From Coprobacillaceae bacterium (GTDB taxonomy: Bacteria > Bacillota_I > Bacilli_A > Erysipelotrichales > Coprobacillaceae): 32,000 bases of DNA. The translations under genes were made by a program, and so were the position numbers. This document shows positions 1 through 7,862 of this stretch, piece after piece. A model generated the notes under the pieces. That model had not been told where the DNA came from, ran no database searches, and saw only the letters and a program-made list of their open reading frames with translations. The stretch spans positions 2,250,001-2,282,000 of the forward strand of contig OY776328.1 of assembly GCA_963675515.1 (NCBI GenBank). The letters are read 5' to 3'. Positions within the stretch are counted from its first letter, which is position 1, and every line of letters starts with the position of its first letter.

Positions 1-749
1 CCTTCGACATCGGTCGCTGCCAGTTTCGATGAAGTTATGCCTACGAGTTCGCCTGCCATGTTGACCAGGGCACCCCCGCTGTTGCCGGGATTGATGGCCG
101 CATCGGTCTGGATTACATTCATGTCCCAGTCTTCCACTCCATCATCGTTCAAGTCAAGGGTAATTGTCCTATCTTTGCCGGAGATTACCCCTTGGGTCAC
201 CGTCCCGGAATACTCAAGTCCAAGAGGCGAACCGATCGCGATAACCGTTTCCCCCGAATCAAGTAGTGATGTCGATCCCAGCTTCATTGTTTGAGGGTCG
301 CTCACGCCTTCGACAGCAAGAACCGCGATGTCGGAATAAGTATCTCCACCGACAAGCGTCGCTTCATAGGTATTCCCATCCGCGAAAACAACTTCGAAGC
401 TTGTCCCATCAGAGATCACGTGGTTGTTTGTGATGATGTAGGTGGTATCGCCGTCGACCTGATAGACAACGCCAGATCCGGTTGAATACAGCTGGTTTCG
501 CACATAGTTGGCCACCCCAACAACGGAATTTTCAACCGAGTCGACGACTTCGGTAGTCGTGGTCGTCACATCATATTGAACATTAGCCACCGCAGTGGCA
601 GTCGAATCGTCCGTGGTCGTCAGTGAATCGTTGAACGCCTGCAGGCTTTTTATTTCCCTGTAGAAATAAAGGTTGCTGGCAACAAGTCCAATCACAAGCA
701 GCATCACGACAAAAGTGACGAACTTATTGTATTTTGATTGTTGTTCCAT
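1..749 (-). CDS. htrA: HtrA/DegP-family (S1C) trypsin-like serine protease with an N-terminal membrane anchor; partial, C-terminus lies beyond the window start
   Basis: Absent from the ORF track because it runs off the window. My minus-strand translation from the ATG at 749-747 gives MEQQSKYNKFVTFVVMLLVIGLVASNLYFY (one TM helix). It is followed by the catalytic-triad contexts YIITNNHVI (His), YSDIAVLAV (Asp) and DAAINPGNSGGALVN (Ser). AGGAG RBS at 757-761 on the minus strand. Confidence 0.85.
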   Translation of the reverse strand, partial: MEQQSKYNKFVTFVVMLLVIGLVASNLYFYREIKSLQAFNDSLTTTDDSTATAVANVQYDVTTTTTEVVDSVENSVVGVANYVRNQLYSTGSGVVYQVDGDTTYIITNNHVISDGTSFEVVFADGNTYEATLVGGDTYSDIAVLAVEGVSDPQTMKLGSTSLLDSGETVIAIGSPLGLEYSGTVTQGVISGKDRTITLDLNDDGVEDWDMNVIQTDAAINPGNSGGALVNMAGELVGITSSKLAATDVE

Positions 750-828
750 ATTATCACTCCTTTAATTTATGGCTAAATTATAGCGCAACAGTGCCGATAA
801 ATTCCAATTATTTGATGTGAAAATATGG

Positions 829-1785
829 TTATTTTTCATAGCTGTCATATTTCTCAATCACTCTTTGAACAACCGGGTGGCGCACGACATCCATCGGTGA
901 AAGATAAACGAATTTGATTCCCTTGACGTCGCTTAACAATTTTGCGGCCTCTTTCAAGCCGGAATCGACTTTCCAGGGCAAATCGATCTGCGAGATGTCT
1001 CCGGTGACGATCATCTTCGAATTGAATCCAAGACGGGTCAGGAACATTTTCATCTGGGCCTTGGTTGTGTTCTGGGCTTCGTCAAGGATGACATAGGCAT
1101 CCTCGAGCGTGCGGCCCCGCATGTATGCCAGCGGCGCAATCTCGATGACACCTTTTTCAATCAGTTTCTCGGTCTGTTCGAATCCCAGCATATCATACAA
1201 AGCGTCATAGAGAGGCCTGAGATATGGGTCGACCTTTTCCTTGAGATCGCCTGGCAAAAAACCAAGCGATTCCCCGGCTTCCACCGCCGGTCGGGTCAGG
1301 ATTATTTTCTGGACTTCATTGTTCTTGAGCGCATTCACGGCAAAAACAACCCCCAGATACGTCTTTCCGGTCCCCGCCGGTCCGATGCCAAACACGATAT
1401 CGTTTTTTTGCAAAGCATGGTAGTATTCCTTTTGGCCAAATGTCTTAGGATAGATAAGTTTGCCGGTCAGGGTCCGGGCTATCTTTATCTTATACAACTC
1501 CTCGATTGATTCCAGGTCGTTTTTGTTTTCCAGGCGCAAGGCGTAGATCACATCACGGCGATGGACCTGAATGCCTTTTTTGATCAGGTTGATCAGGGCT
1601 TCAATCACATCCTTGGCTTCTTTGATGTTTTGAGGATCGGTTCCGGTAATTGTGACGATGTCGCCACGCATGGAAATCTCCACTTCAAGCTGTTCTTCAA
1701 TAATCTCAAAATGCTTGTCATTCGAACCACTCAACAGACTTAACTTATCGATGCTAAAATCATTAATTTGTATTGTCTCTTTCAT
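829..1785 (-). CDS. phoH: PhoH-family ATPase (PhoH/YbeZ-like)
   Basis: 318 aa with Walker A GPAGTGKTYL and Walker B-like VILDEAQN. The length and C-terminal half are typical of PhoH. GAGGAG RBS lies upstream of the ATG. Confidence 0.85.
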   Translation of the reverse strand: MKETIQINDFSIDKLSLLSGSNDKHFEIIEEQLEVEISMRGDIVTITGTDPQNIKEAKDVIEALINLIKKGIQVHRRDVIYALRLENKNDLESIEELYKIKIARTLTGKLIYPKTFGQKEYYHALQKNDIVFGIGPAGTGKTYLGVVFAVNALKNNEVQKIILTRPAVEAGESLGFLPGDLKEKVDPYLRPLYDALYDMLGFEQTEKLIEKGVIEIAPLAYMRGRTLEDAYVILDEAQNTTKAQMKMFLTRLGFNSKMIVTGDISQIDLPWKVDSGLKEAAKLLSDVKGIKFVYLSPMDVVRHPVVQRVIEKYDSYEK

Positions 1786-1902
1786 ATAGTCTCCTCATCT
1801 AATTCAATTCTAACAAACACGAACCATTTTTACAATATTCGAGCGAAAAAAAGGCCATCGATGAAACAAATCACACCCAACAGACAACCTGACAAAAAAA
1901 GA

Positions 1903-1930
1903 GGAAAAAAAAAGACTCAAAGCTGAGTCT
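1903..1930 (-). terminator. Rho-independent terminator of rpsU
   Basis: Minus-strand hairpin AGACTCA-gctt-TGAGTCT (1913-1930) followed by a run of 9 T (plus-strand A run at 1905-1913). The hairpin overlaps the rpsU stop codon. Confidence 0.7.
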
Positions 1931-2111
1931 ATCTTTTTTTCTTACTGTTTTTACGAGCTGCTTCTGACTTTAATTTTCTTTTTAAACCTGGTTTTACATA
2001 AAATTCTCTTTTACGAGCTTCTGCAAGGGTTCCAGTTCTAGAAACTTGTCTTTTAAATCTTCTAAGAGCATCATCTAACGATTCGTTATCTCTTACAACT
2101 GTCTTTGCCAT
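1929..2111 (-). CDS. rpsU: 30S ribosomal protein bS21
   Basis: 60 aa, [46 protein letters not shown]..., the characteristic S21 sequence and size. Confidence 0.95.
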   Translation of the reverse strand: MAKTVVRDNESLDDALRRFKRQVSRTGTLAEARKREFYVKPGLKRKLKSEAARKNSKKKR

Positions 2112-2145
2112 CCTACATTCCCCCCTTCGACTCTAAATTCTATAT

Positions 2146-2173
2146 CATTATACACCATTAGGAAGTAATTTCA
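2146..2173 (-). promoter_or_regulatory. Sigma-A-type promoter of rpsU
   Basis: On the minus strand, TTGAAA (2168-2173), a 16-nt spacer, then TATAAT (2146-2151), about 35 nt upstream of the rpsU ATG. Confidence 0.55.
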
Positions 2174-2304
2174 AGGGGATAATTGAAATATTTCAAGTTA
2201 TTTTTTGCAATTATGGTTTGTTTACGAAAATCCAGGTTGAAATAGCCTTTGGAGTCATCAATTTCAAACAGAAAGGATATATTGTTATTTAATCAGAAGA
2301 TTCG

Positions 2305-2313
2305 TGTTATAAT
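2305..2313 (+). promoter_or_regulatory. Extended -10 promoter element upstream of map
   Basis: TGTTATAAT (TGnTATAAT) sits 54 nt upstream of the map ATG. The -35 region is weak. Confidence 0.4.
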
Positions 2314-2366
2314 ACTTGTGCAACAACAATTCCTAAATTAAGAAAACTAAATTGTGAGGTGAATTT

Positions 2367-3188
2367 ATGTATCCTGATTTTATCGACCCTGAAAAGATCG
2401 CTGATCTTGAAAAAGCCGGGCATATGGTACCGCCCCCGGAGATGATCAAGACTCCTGAGCAGATTGCCGGCATCAAGGAGGCGTGCAAGCTCAATACCAT
2501 GCTGCTCGATTACCTGACTCCACATGTCAAGGCCGGTGTCTCGACCTTGGAAATAGACAATCTTACATTGGAGTTCACAAGCAGCCACAACGCAATCTGC
2601 GCCGATTTTGGCTACATGGGTTATCCCAAACACATCTGCACTTCAGTAAACGACGTAGTCTGCCATGGAATCCCAAGCTCGCAAGTCGTTTTGCAAGAAG
2701 GTGACATCATCAATATCGATGCCACAACACTTTACAACGGCTATTACGGTGATGCTTCGCGCACTTTCACCATCGGCAAGGTGCATCCAATCATCCAGGA
2801 TCTTGTCGACAGGACCAGGGAAGCCCTGGAAATTGCGATAGCATCGATTGTCCCCTACCAAACAACAATCGGCGACATCGGAGCCATTATTGAAAGCTAC
2901 GCAACCAAGCATGATTTAAGCGTGGTAAAGGAATTCACCGGCCATGGAGTCGGCCTGGCATTGCATGAGGAGCCATATGTCTACCACTTCAAACCAAATG
3001 AAAAGACCAACACCATAATTCCCGGCATGGTCTTTACAATCGAACCGATGTTGAACCTGGGTGGCGCCGAGGTCTTCATCGATGAGGAAGACCAGTGGAC
3101 CGTCTATACCGAGGATGGGTATCCCTCTGCCCAATTCGAACACACAATCCTCATCACCCCAGACGGGGTGGAAATACTATCGAAATGA
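2367..3188 (+). CDS. map: Type I methionine aminopeptidase
   Basis: 273 aa with metal-ligand contexts IINIDATTLYNGYYGDASRT, GHGVG, FTIEP and FEHT. GAGGTG RBS lies 5 nt upstream of the ATG at 2367. Confidence 0.9.
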   Translation: MYPDFIDPEKIADLEKAGHMVPPPEMIKTPEQIAGIKEACKLNTMLLDYLTPHVKAGVSTLEIDNLTLEFTSSHNAICADFGYMGYPKHICTSVNDVVCHGIPSSQVVLQEGDIINIDATTLYNGYYGDASRTFTIGKVHPIIQDLVDRTREALEIAIASIVPYQTTIGDIGAIIESYATKHDLSVVKEFTGHGVGLALHEEPYVYHFKPNEKTNTIIPGMVFTIEPMLNLGGAEVFIDEEDQWTVYTEDGYPSAQFEHTILITPDGVEILSK

Positions 3189-4193
3189 TCAGATGATCGT
3201 TTCGATTTTTTTGATTTTACTCATAAGCGCTTCATACTTTTCCGGTTTCAATGATTGCGGTCCGTCGCACATTGCGCATTCAGGATCATTGTGGACTTCG
3301 ATCATAAGACCGTCAGCTCCGGCGATCATCGCAGCCTGGGCCATCGGTTCAACCAGCCACCATTTTCCTCCAGCATGGGAAGGATCGATCACGATTGGCA
3401 AATGGGTCATTCGTTTCAATACCGGAATCGCCTGCAGGTCAAGAGTGTTTCTTGTATATGATTCGAAGGTGCGGATTCCGCGTTCGCAAAGGATCACATT
3501 TGGATTTCCGTTAGCCATGATGTATTCGGCCGACATGATCCATTCCTCATAAGTGGCGCTAAGTCCGCGTTTCAAAAGGATCGGCTTGGTCGTTCTTTTA
3601 CCCAGCTCTTTTAAAAGCGAGAAGTTTTGCATGTTGCGGGCACCGATCTGGATCAGATCGACTTTCTCTTCGAATTCCTCGATATGCGACTCATCCATCA
3701 GCTCGGTTACGATCGGCAATCCGGTAACTTCCTTGGCCTTTAGCAGGATGTCCAAAGCTGTCGAACCCATTCCTTGGAAAGCGTATGGGCTGGTACGTGG
3801 CTTGAACGCCCCGCCGCGGAGCATATTAGCTCCGGCTTTCTTGACCGCTTTGGCGATCTCGATGACCTGTTCCTCGCTTTCGACCGAGCAAGGTCCCGCG
3901 ATATAGCAGTAATTGCCTCCGCCCACTTTCACTCCGGCGACATCGATCACGCTGTCTTCGGGATGGAAATGACGGCTGGCCAGTTTGTAAGGCACCGAAA
4001 CATACATCACCTTTTCCACGGCAGAGAAAACTTCGATAGCCGACGCATCGATTTTTGTAATGTCCCCGATCAGACCGATGATTGTCTGTTCGTCTCCGGT
4101 CGAAATATGGGGAGTGAGCCCCTTTGATTTCACCAGGTTTTCAATTTTTCCAATGTCTTCTTTGGTTGCTTCCGGTTTTAAAACGATAATCAT
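3189..4193 (-). CDS. aroF: 3-deoxy-7-phosphoheptulonate (DAHP) synthase, type I-beta, with an N-terminal ferredoxin-like/ACT-like regulatory domain
   Basis: Core motifs are FKPRTSPYAFQG, IVIDPSH and MIEVH. The N-terminal ~70 aa (MIIVLKPEATKEDIGKIENLVKSKGLTPHISTGDEQTIIGLIGD) resemble the regulatory domain of Thermotoga-type DAH7PS. I moved the start to the ATG at 4193 (GAGGAGA RBS 7 nt upstream), because the longer ORF-track start at 4283 would run through the T-box terminator. Confidence 0.85.
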   Translation of the reverse strand: MIIVLKPEATKEDIGKIENLVKSKGLTPHISTGDEQTIIGLIGDITKIDASAIEVFSAVEKVMYVSVPYKLASRHFHPEDSVIDVAGVKVGGGNYCYIAGPCSVESEEQVIEIAKAVKKAGANMLRGGAFKPRTSPYAFQGMGSTALDILLKAKEVTGLPIVTELMDESHIEEFEEKVDLIQIGARNMQNFSLLKELGKRTTKPILLKRGLSATYEEWIMSAEYIMANGNPNVILCERGIRTFESYTRNTLDLQAIPVLKRMTHLPIVIDPSHAGGKWWLVEPMAQAAMIAGADGLMIEVHNDPECAMCDGPQSLKPEKYEALMSKIKKIETII

Positions 4194-4199
4194 GATTAT

Positions 4200-4467
4200 T
4201 TCTCCTCTTCTTTTTCTTAAACAAAAAAAGACCCGTCCCTGTAAAGGGCGAGTCATCGCGTTACCACCTTTGTTTATCGACACATCGCTGTGTCAACCTC
4301 TTCGAGTACTATCATACCCACATAATATAACGGTTATAACCGGAGACGCCTACTGCAATTCAACGTTCTACTCAAAGATGTATTCATGACACTTTTTGAT
4401 TCTTTTCCACCAACCAAGAACTCTCTAGCCAAAATGAATGTCATTACTATTTCTTATCACTGTATTT
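4200..4467 (-). promoter_or_regulatory. T-box riboswitch leader, probable Tyr (UAC) specifier
   Basis: Read on the minus strand. Stem I elements are AGTA, AGAGAG and GGTGGAAAAG. The helix ATGACA/TGTCAT is followed by GAA-TAC-A (specifier TAC at 4382-4380, then a purine). An F-box CCGTTA lies at 4333-4328. The T-box sequence AAAGGTGGTAACGCG lies at 4271-4257, followed by the terminator. Confidence 0.8.
4222..4254 (-). terminator. Attenuator terminator of the aroF T-box leader
   Basis: On the minus strand, GACTCGCCCT-ttac-AGGGACGGGTC followed by 7 T. Its 5' arm can alternatively pair with the T-box sequence (antiterminator). Confidence 0.75.
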
Positions 4468-4473
4468 ATACGT

Positions 4474-4502
4474 ATATTACCCATTCTCTTTTTAGTTGTC
4501 AA
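4474..4502 (-). promoter_or_regulatory. Sigma-A-type promoter of the T-box/aroF transcript
   Basis: On the minus strand, TTGACA (4497-4502), a 17-nt spacer, then TAATAT (4474-4479). Confidence 0.6.
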
Positions 4503-4659
4503 CACAAATTTGAAATTAGTTCATAATTTTGACTTTTTAAAAAACAGACAGCCGTTATTTTCGAAAATTCGTATTTAATTGCTTTTTGGCAACTTGAAAG
4601 TCATCGATCCCCTTGCAAGAGTGCATGGCGTCATTATTTTAAGCGGCTTTTTGGCTGAC

Positions 4660-4703
4660 AAGGAAAAGATCCTTCAACAAGAGCACACTCTTGTTGAAGG
4701 ATC
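4660..4703 (-). terminator. Rho-independent terminator downstream of the TetR gene
   Basis: Perfect 16-bp inverted repeat GATCCTTCAACAAGAG / CTCTTGTTGAAGGATC (4668-4683 and 4688-4703) with a 4-nt loop. On the minus strand it is followed by CTTTTCCTT. Confidence 0.6.
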
Positions 4704-4741
4704 ATGGCATATTAGATAAATGTTTGGGGATTATTTATTAA

Positions 4742-5311
4742 TTATGCTTGGGAATTGATGTATGCATAGAAACCATTTGACATGATTCCAGCGATACAGT
4801 CAGTAACTTCTTCAGCGGTTACTTTTGAATCAGATCTTAACCACTCGATGATCAGGCTAGTCGCTCCAGCCGAAATATATTCGATTGACAGAGCAAACAA
4901 TTCCGGAGCCACGGTGATGTTGTCTTGCAAAGCGGAAGCAATTTCTTCTTCCAATAATTTTTGGATATGAGCACTTAAGGTGTTACAGTAGCTAGATCCC
5001 ACCAGCAATTTGAAAAATTGTTCATCTTCCTGGATGATGTTGTTCAAATGTTTGAACAACACCGAGAAATCAGGGCGTCCTTCATTCCATTTTTCTTCGG
5101 CCAGTTCCGCATGAAGACGATTGAAGATATCGTCATCAATTTCACTTAAAACATCGATGAACTGTCCGTAGTGGACATAGAATGTTTTCCGGGAAATATC
5201 CGCGGTTTCCGCCAATTCCTTTACTGTGATTTTTGAAACGTCCTTTTCAGTCATCAACTGAATCAATGCATGTTTAATCGCTTTTTTGGTTTTTACCGTT
5301 CTTCTATCCAT
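4742..5311 (-). CDS. TetR/AcrR-family transcriptional regulator
   Basis: 189 aa with an N-terminal HTH, TKKAIKHALIQLMTEKDVSKITVKELAETADISRKTFYVHYGQ, which is typical of TetR_N. The C-terminal half is helical. Confidence 0.8.
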   Translation of the reverse strand: MDRRTVKTKKAIKHALIQLMTEKDVSKITVKELAETADISRKTFYVHYGQFIDVLSEIDDDIFNRLHAELAEEKWNEGRPDFSVLFKHLNNIIQEDEQFFKLLVGSSYCNTLSAHIQKLLEEEIASALQDNITVAPELFALSIEYISAGATSLIIEWLRSDSKVTAEEVTDCIAGIMSNGFYAYINSQA

Positions 5312-5687
5312 TTTTTTCCATCCTTAAAAATTTTGTTGTAGGGCTTTTATACACTAGAAATCTTTTTGCTCAAGAAAAATTATAAGTGTATTTAATTACC
5401 ACATGACAATACTACAGGATATTAGCCATAAAATCAAGTTTTTTACCATTTTCTTTAGTCATTTGTTTTATTCTTGAGTCATACAACACTAGATTAACAA
5501 AAATCAGTTAAAAAAACCAATTTAGGCTACATTATCCTCTACGGGGAATAAATATCCAAAAACATTCGAAGAATCACCCATTTATCTTGTGATAATTATA
5601 ACACACACCGTTTATTAAATCAATTGCGATAATCATTTTTTTAACATTTTGATTAGAATTTCCCATATCGTCCCTATGGGTAAGTAA

Positions 5688-5859
5688 TCCACTAATAGAC
5701 TTAACTGTTCAACCAGGACAGTCAACCGGCTAATCTTGAAATATAAACAATTTGGTAAAAAACCGCGGCAATCTACCGGCACATACTTTTGATCCCGAAA
5801 CAAAGGCGATGATTATTGACTTGTATCTCGCTAAGTACACCGATGCCAATATCACTTGA
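5688..5859 (+). pseudogene. Remnant of the N-terminal HTH region of a transposase/integrase (resembles IS481- or ISNCY/IS1202-type proteins); frameshifted and truncated
   Basis: My translation gives STNRLNCSTRTVNRLILKYKQFGKK. After a +1 shift at the A6 run (5757-5762) it continues VKNRGNLPAHTFDPETKAMIIDLYLAKYTDANIT and then stops. This pattern recurs at the N-terminus of some IS transposases. No catalytic domain follows. Confidence 0.5.
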
Positions 5860-6016
5860 GCCGCAGCAAGCCATAATCGCCATGATCCTTGAAACCTAGT
5901 TTGTGGTATAGCCTGGTTGCATATGGATCGTTGTAGAACAAAGGCACAGTTTCAGATAAAGATGTAAGGGTATATACGATGGAAATCTCTATGTGAATAT
6001 CTTGGATAATCTGTAT
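5852..6016 (-). pseudogene. C-terminal remnant of a GNAT acetyltransferase paralog
   Basis: My minus-strand translation gives ...IHIEISIVYTLTSLSETVPLFYNDPYATRLYHKLGFKDHGDYGLLRLK*, a typical GNAT C-terminus (LYxKLGF). There is no start or N-terminal part. It abuts the transposase remnant. Confidence 0.5.
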
Positions 6017-6085
6017 TTACTCGAGAACGTGCCTGTACCAAGCCAAAGAAGAAAAAGCAATATATCATCCATGGAAACAAGCTTC

Positions 6086-6793
6086 CTATAGTTTGTGGTA
6101 TAGTTCATATGGATCTGCACACATATCCTGTTTCATATCCTGTTCAAGGAAGTCCTGACACAATTTATATACGGTAGCCATCGCGTAACCTTTGTTTCGA
6201 TATTGTTCAATCGTATATACGCCAATAATCATCGCCGCCCCAAGGCAGTGCGCGCTGGTCCGGGCCCCGGAAACAAGCCGGCCATCTTCCTTGACTCCAT
6301 AGTAGCGCGATGCGCCCTGCTTATAGTTTTCAATTTCCTGATCCAGGTCCATTTCCCGTTTGAAGACTATCCCGCATTCTTCAACCAGCTCCTTTAGATC
6401 ACCTTCTTCCAGCTCACAGGCCCTGGAATCCATGGCCACAGCGAGGTTGTCTAGAATTGCAATCCTGCACTTGTCCATCTTGAAACCACCAATGTCCAGC
6501 TTTTTTATGATCGAGTAATCACCGTTGATGTCGGTAATCCGATATTTTTCAACCAGTTTTTCAACAAACGGCTGGTCCACCATTCCTTCTATCGAACCGA
6601 TTACCAGATTGGTCCGGTAAACCAGATAAATGGTCCTGATTGACCCGTCTTGTTTGTCCATGAAGACACTTTGCCAGGGATTGTCGAAACCGAAATTCTC
6701 GATATCACCGATAATGAACAGGTTCATCACTGTATCCTTTCTGGCATATTCAAGCACTTCTTTACGATTGGGCTCGTTGCATCTGATTATCAT
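6086..6793 (-). CDS. GNAT-family N-acetyltransferase; the C-terminus may be truncated
   Basis: 235 aa with the acetyl-CoA-binding motif context VYTIEQYRNKGYAMATV. It ends ...ADPYELYHKL* exactly where GNATs normally continue with GF. GTGAGGT RBS is present. Confidence 0.6.
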   Translation of the reverse strand: MIIRCNEPNRKEVLEYARKDTVMNLFIIGDIENFGFDNPWQSVFMDKQDGSIRTIYLVYRTNLVIGSIEGMVDQPFVEKLVEKYRITDINGDYSIIKKLDIGGFKMDKCRIAILDNLAVAMDSRACELEEGDLKELVEECGIVFKREMDLDQEIENYKQGASRYYGVKEDGRLVSGARTSAHCLGAAMIIGVYTIEQYRNKGYAMATVYKLCQDFLEQDMKQDMCADPYELYHKL

Positions 6794-6816
6794 AGTATGA
6801 CCTCACTTTTCGAGAT

Positions 6817-6825
6817 ATTATATCA
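6817..6825 (-). promoter_or_regulatory. Extended -10 promoter element of the GNAT gene
   Basis: TGATATAAT on the minus strand, about 24 nt upstream of the ATG at 6793 and just downstream of the aroD terminator. Confidence 0.45.
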
Positions 6826-6831
6826 TAATAC

Positions 6832-6859
6832 AAAAAAAGATACCAGGAATTGGTATCTT
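6832..6859 (-). terminator. Rho-independent terminator of aroD
   Basis: On the minus strand, AAGATACCA-attcc-TGGTATCTT followed by 7 T (plus-strand A run at 6832-6838). Confidence 0.75.
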
Positions 6860-6873
6860 GGACGATGAACTGT

Positions 6874-7632
6874 CTATGAGCTGTATTTTTCAAGAATGGA
6901 CATCGCCGTTTTAAGGTCATCGAGGTCGACCTGGCCGGGTGCCGATCCTTCCCCGACCTTGGCGAACGTGATGGCGCTGCCAAACAATGAACCGGTCATC
7001 CGGGTCAAAACCCCCAGCTTACCCATCGCGATTACAACCACTGGAACATTGAAAATGGTTTTGCACTCGTCGGTGAACTCCAGGATTTTCAAGACATCCA
7101 GATAGTTTGACGGTGTGACCGCGATTTTCAGGACATCCCCTCCAAAAGATGCCATCTTCATGAACCGCATTGACATCGTATTGAACGACGGAGTTCTATG
7201 AAAATCGTGGTTAGACATGATCACCTTCTTGCCATGACCATGGATCAAAGCCACCAGTGAGATGACAACCGAATCGTCGATAAGCAGTTCGATATCGTAA
7301 AACTCGTAGGCTCCGCTATTGATTGCCACTCCAAGGATATGTTCGTACTCCTTTGGTTCGACCTCCAGATTACCGCCTTCACCCTTGGTTCTCAATGTGA
7401 AAATTATCGGCAACTTGTTGATCATCTTTATATTATTTGACAAGGTCATCAAAGCTTCATCATCCCTGACGTCTTCGAAACAGTCAATCCGCAACTCAAT
7501 CAAATCGATCCCCTTGGTTTGTAAGGATTTGATCTGTTCAATTATGTCGATGTCGCTTCTTTGTGTCACTGGAACACAAATTCGTGATCTCTCATTGTTC
7601 AAGACCAAATCATTTACTATGCACTCTTTCAT
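6874..7632 (-). CDS. aroD: Type I 3-dehydroquinate dehydratase
   Basis: 252 aa with motifs ELRIDCF, TLRTKGEGG, SNHDFHRTP, KIAVTP and AMGKLGVLTRM, characteristic of type I DHQase. GGAGGG RBS is present. Confidence 0.9.
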   Translation of the reverse strand: MKECIVNDLVLNNERSRICVPVTQRSDIDIIEQIKSLQTKGIDLIELRIDCFEDVRDDEALMTLSNNIKMINKLPIIFTLRTKGEGGNLEVEPKEYEHILGVAINSGAYEFYDIELLIDDSVVISLVALIHGHGKKVIMSNHDFHRTPSFNTMSMRFMKMASFGGDVLKIAVTPSNYLDVLKILEFTDECKTIFNVPVVVIAMGKLGVLTRMTGSLFGSAITFAKVGEGSAPGQVDLDDLKTAMSILEKYSS

Positions 7633-7651
7633 ATAATCCCTCCTACAAAAA

Positions 7652-7680
7652 ATTATACCATTATTTCAAAAAAATGACAG
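7652..7680 (-). promoter_or_regulatory. Promoter of aroD (extended -10)
   Basis: On the minus strand, CTGTCA (7675-7680), a 17-nt spacer containing TGG immediately 5' of the -10, then TATAAT (7652-7657). This gives TGGTATAAT and implies a very short leader. Confidence 0.5.
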
Positions 7681-7801
7681 GAAAAACATCAACCCGGAAT
7701 CCATTTTGTCGAACCCGAAGCGCTCAGTCACGCCAGGCAAAACAATAACACCCAATATCCGATGTTAATGTAAATAATCATTAACAATATTATTATCTTT
7801 T

Positions 7802-7829
7802 TTACCAAATCGTCAAAATTTGGTATAAT
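7802..7829 (+). promoter_or_regulatory. Promoter of ppk1 (extended -10)
   Basis: TTACCA (7802-7807), a 16-nt spacer ending in TGG, then TATAAT (7824-7829). AGGAG RBS at 7851-7855. Confidence 0.55.
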
Positions 7830-7862
7830 ATACTCATCAAATACAAAACAAGGAGTTTTTTT

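Noticed and set aside
3061-3552. 163-aa plus-strand ORF
   Set aside because: It is antisense to the well-supported DAHP synthase and overlaps the end of map. It has low-complexity Ser/Ile/Pro-rich composition, no RBS and no motif.
4194-4283. N-terminal 30-codon extension of the DAHP synthase ORF (ORF-track start at 4283)
   Set aside because: It would be translated through the T-box terminator and T-box sequence, and it lacks an RBS. The internal ATG at 4193 has a GAGGAGA RBS and begins the recognisable regulatory domain.
5343-5390. Inverted 7-mers ATACACT / AGTGTAT flanking the putative tetR -10 region, considered as a TetR operator
   Set aside because: The arms are separated by about 29 nt, which is far wider than typical TetR operators, and they are short enough to occur by chance in AT-rich DNA.
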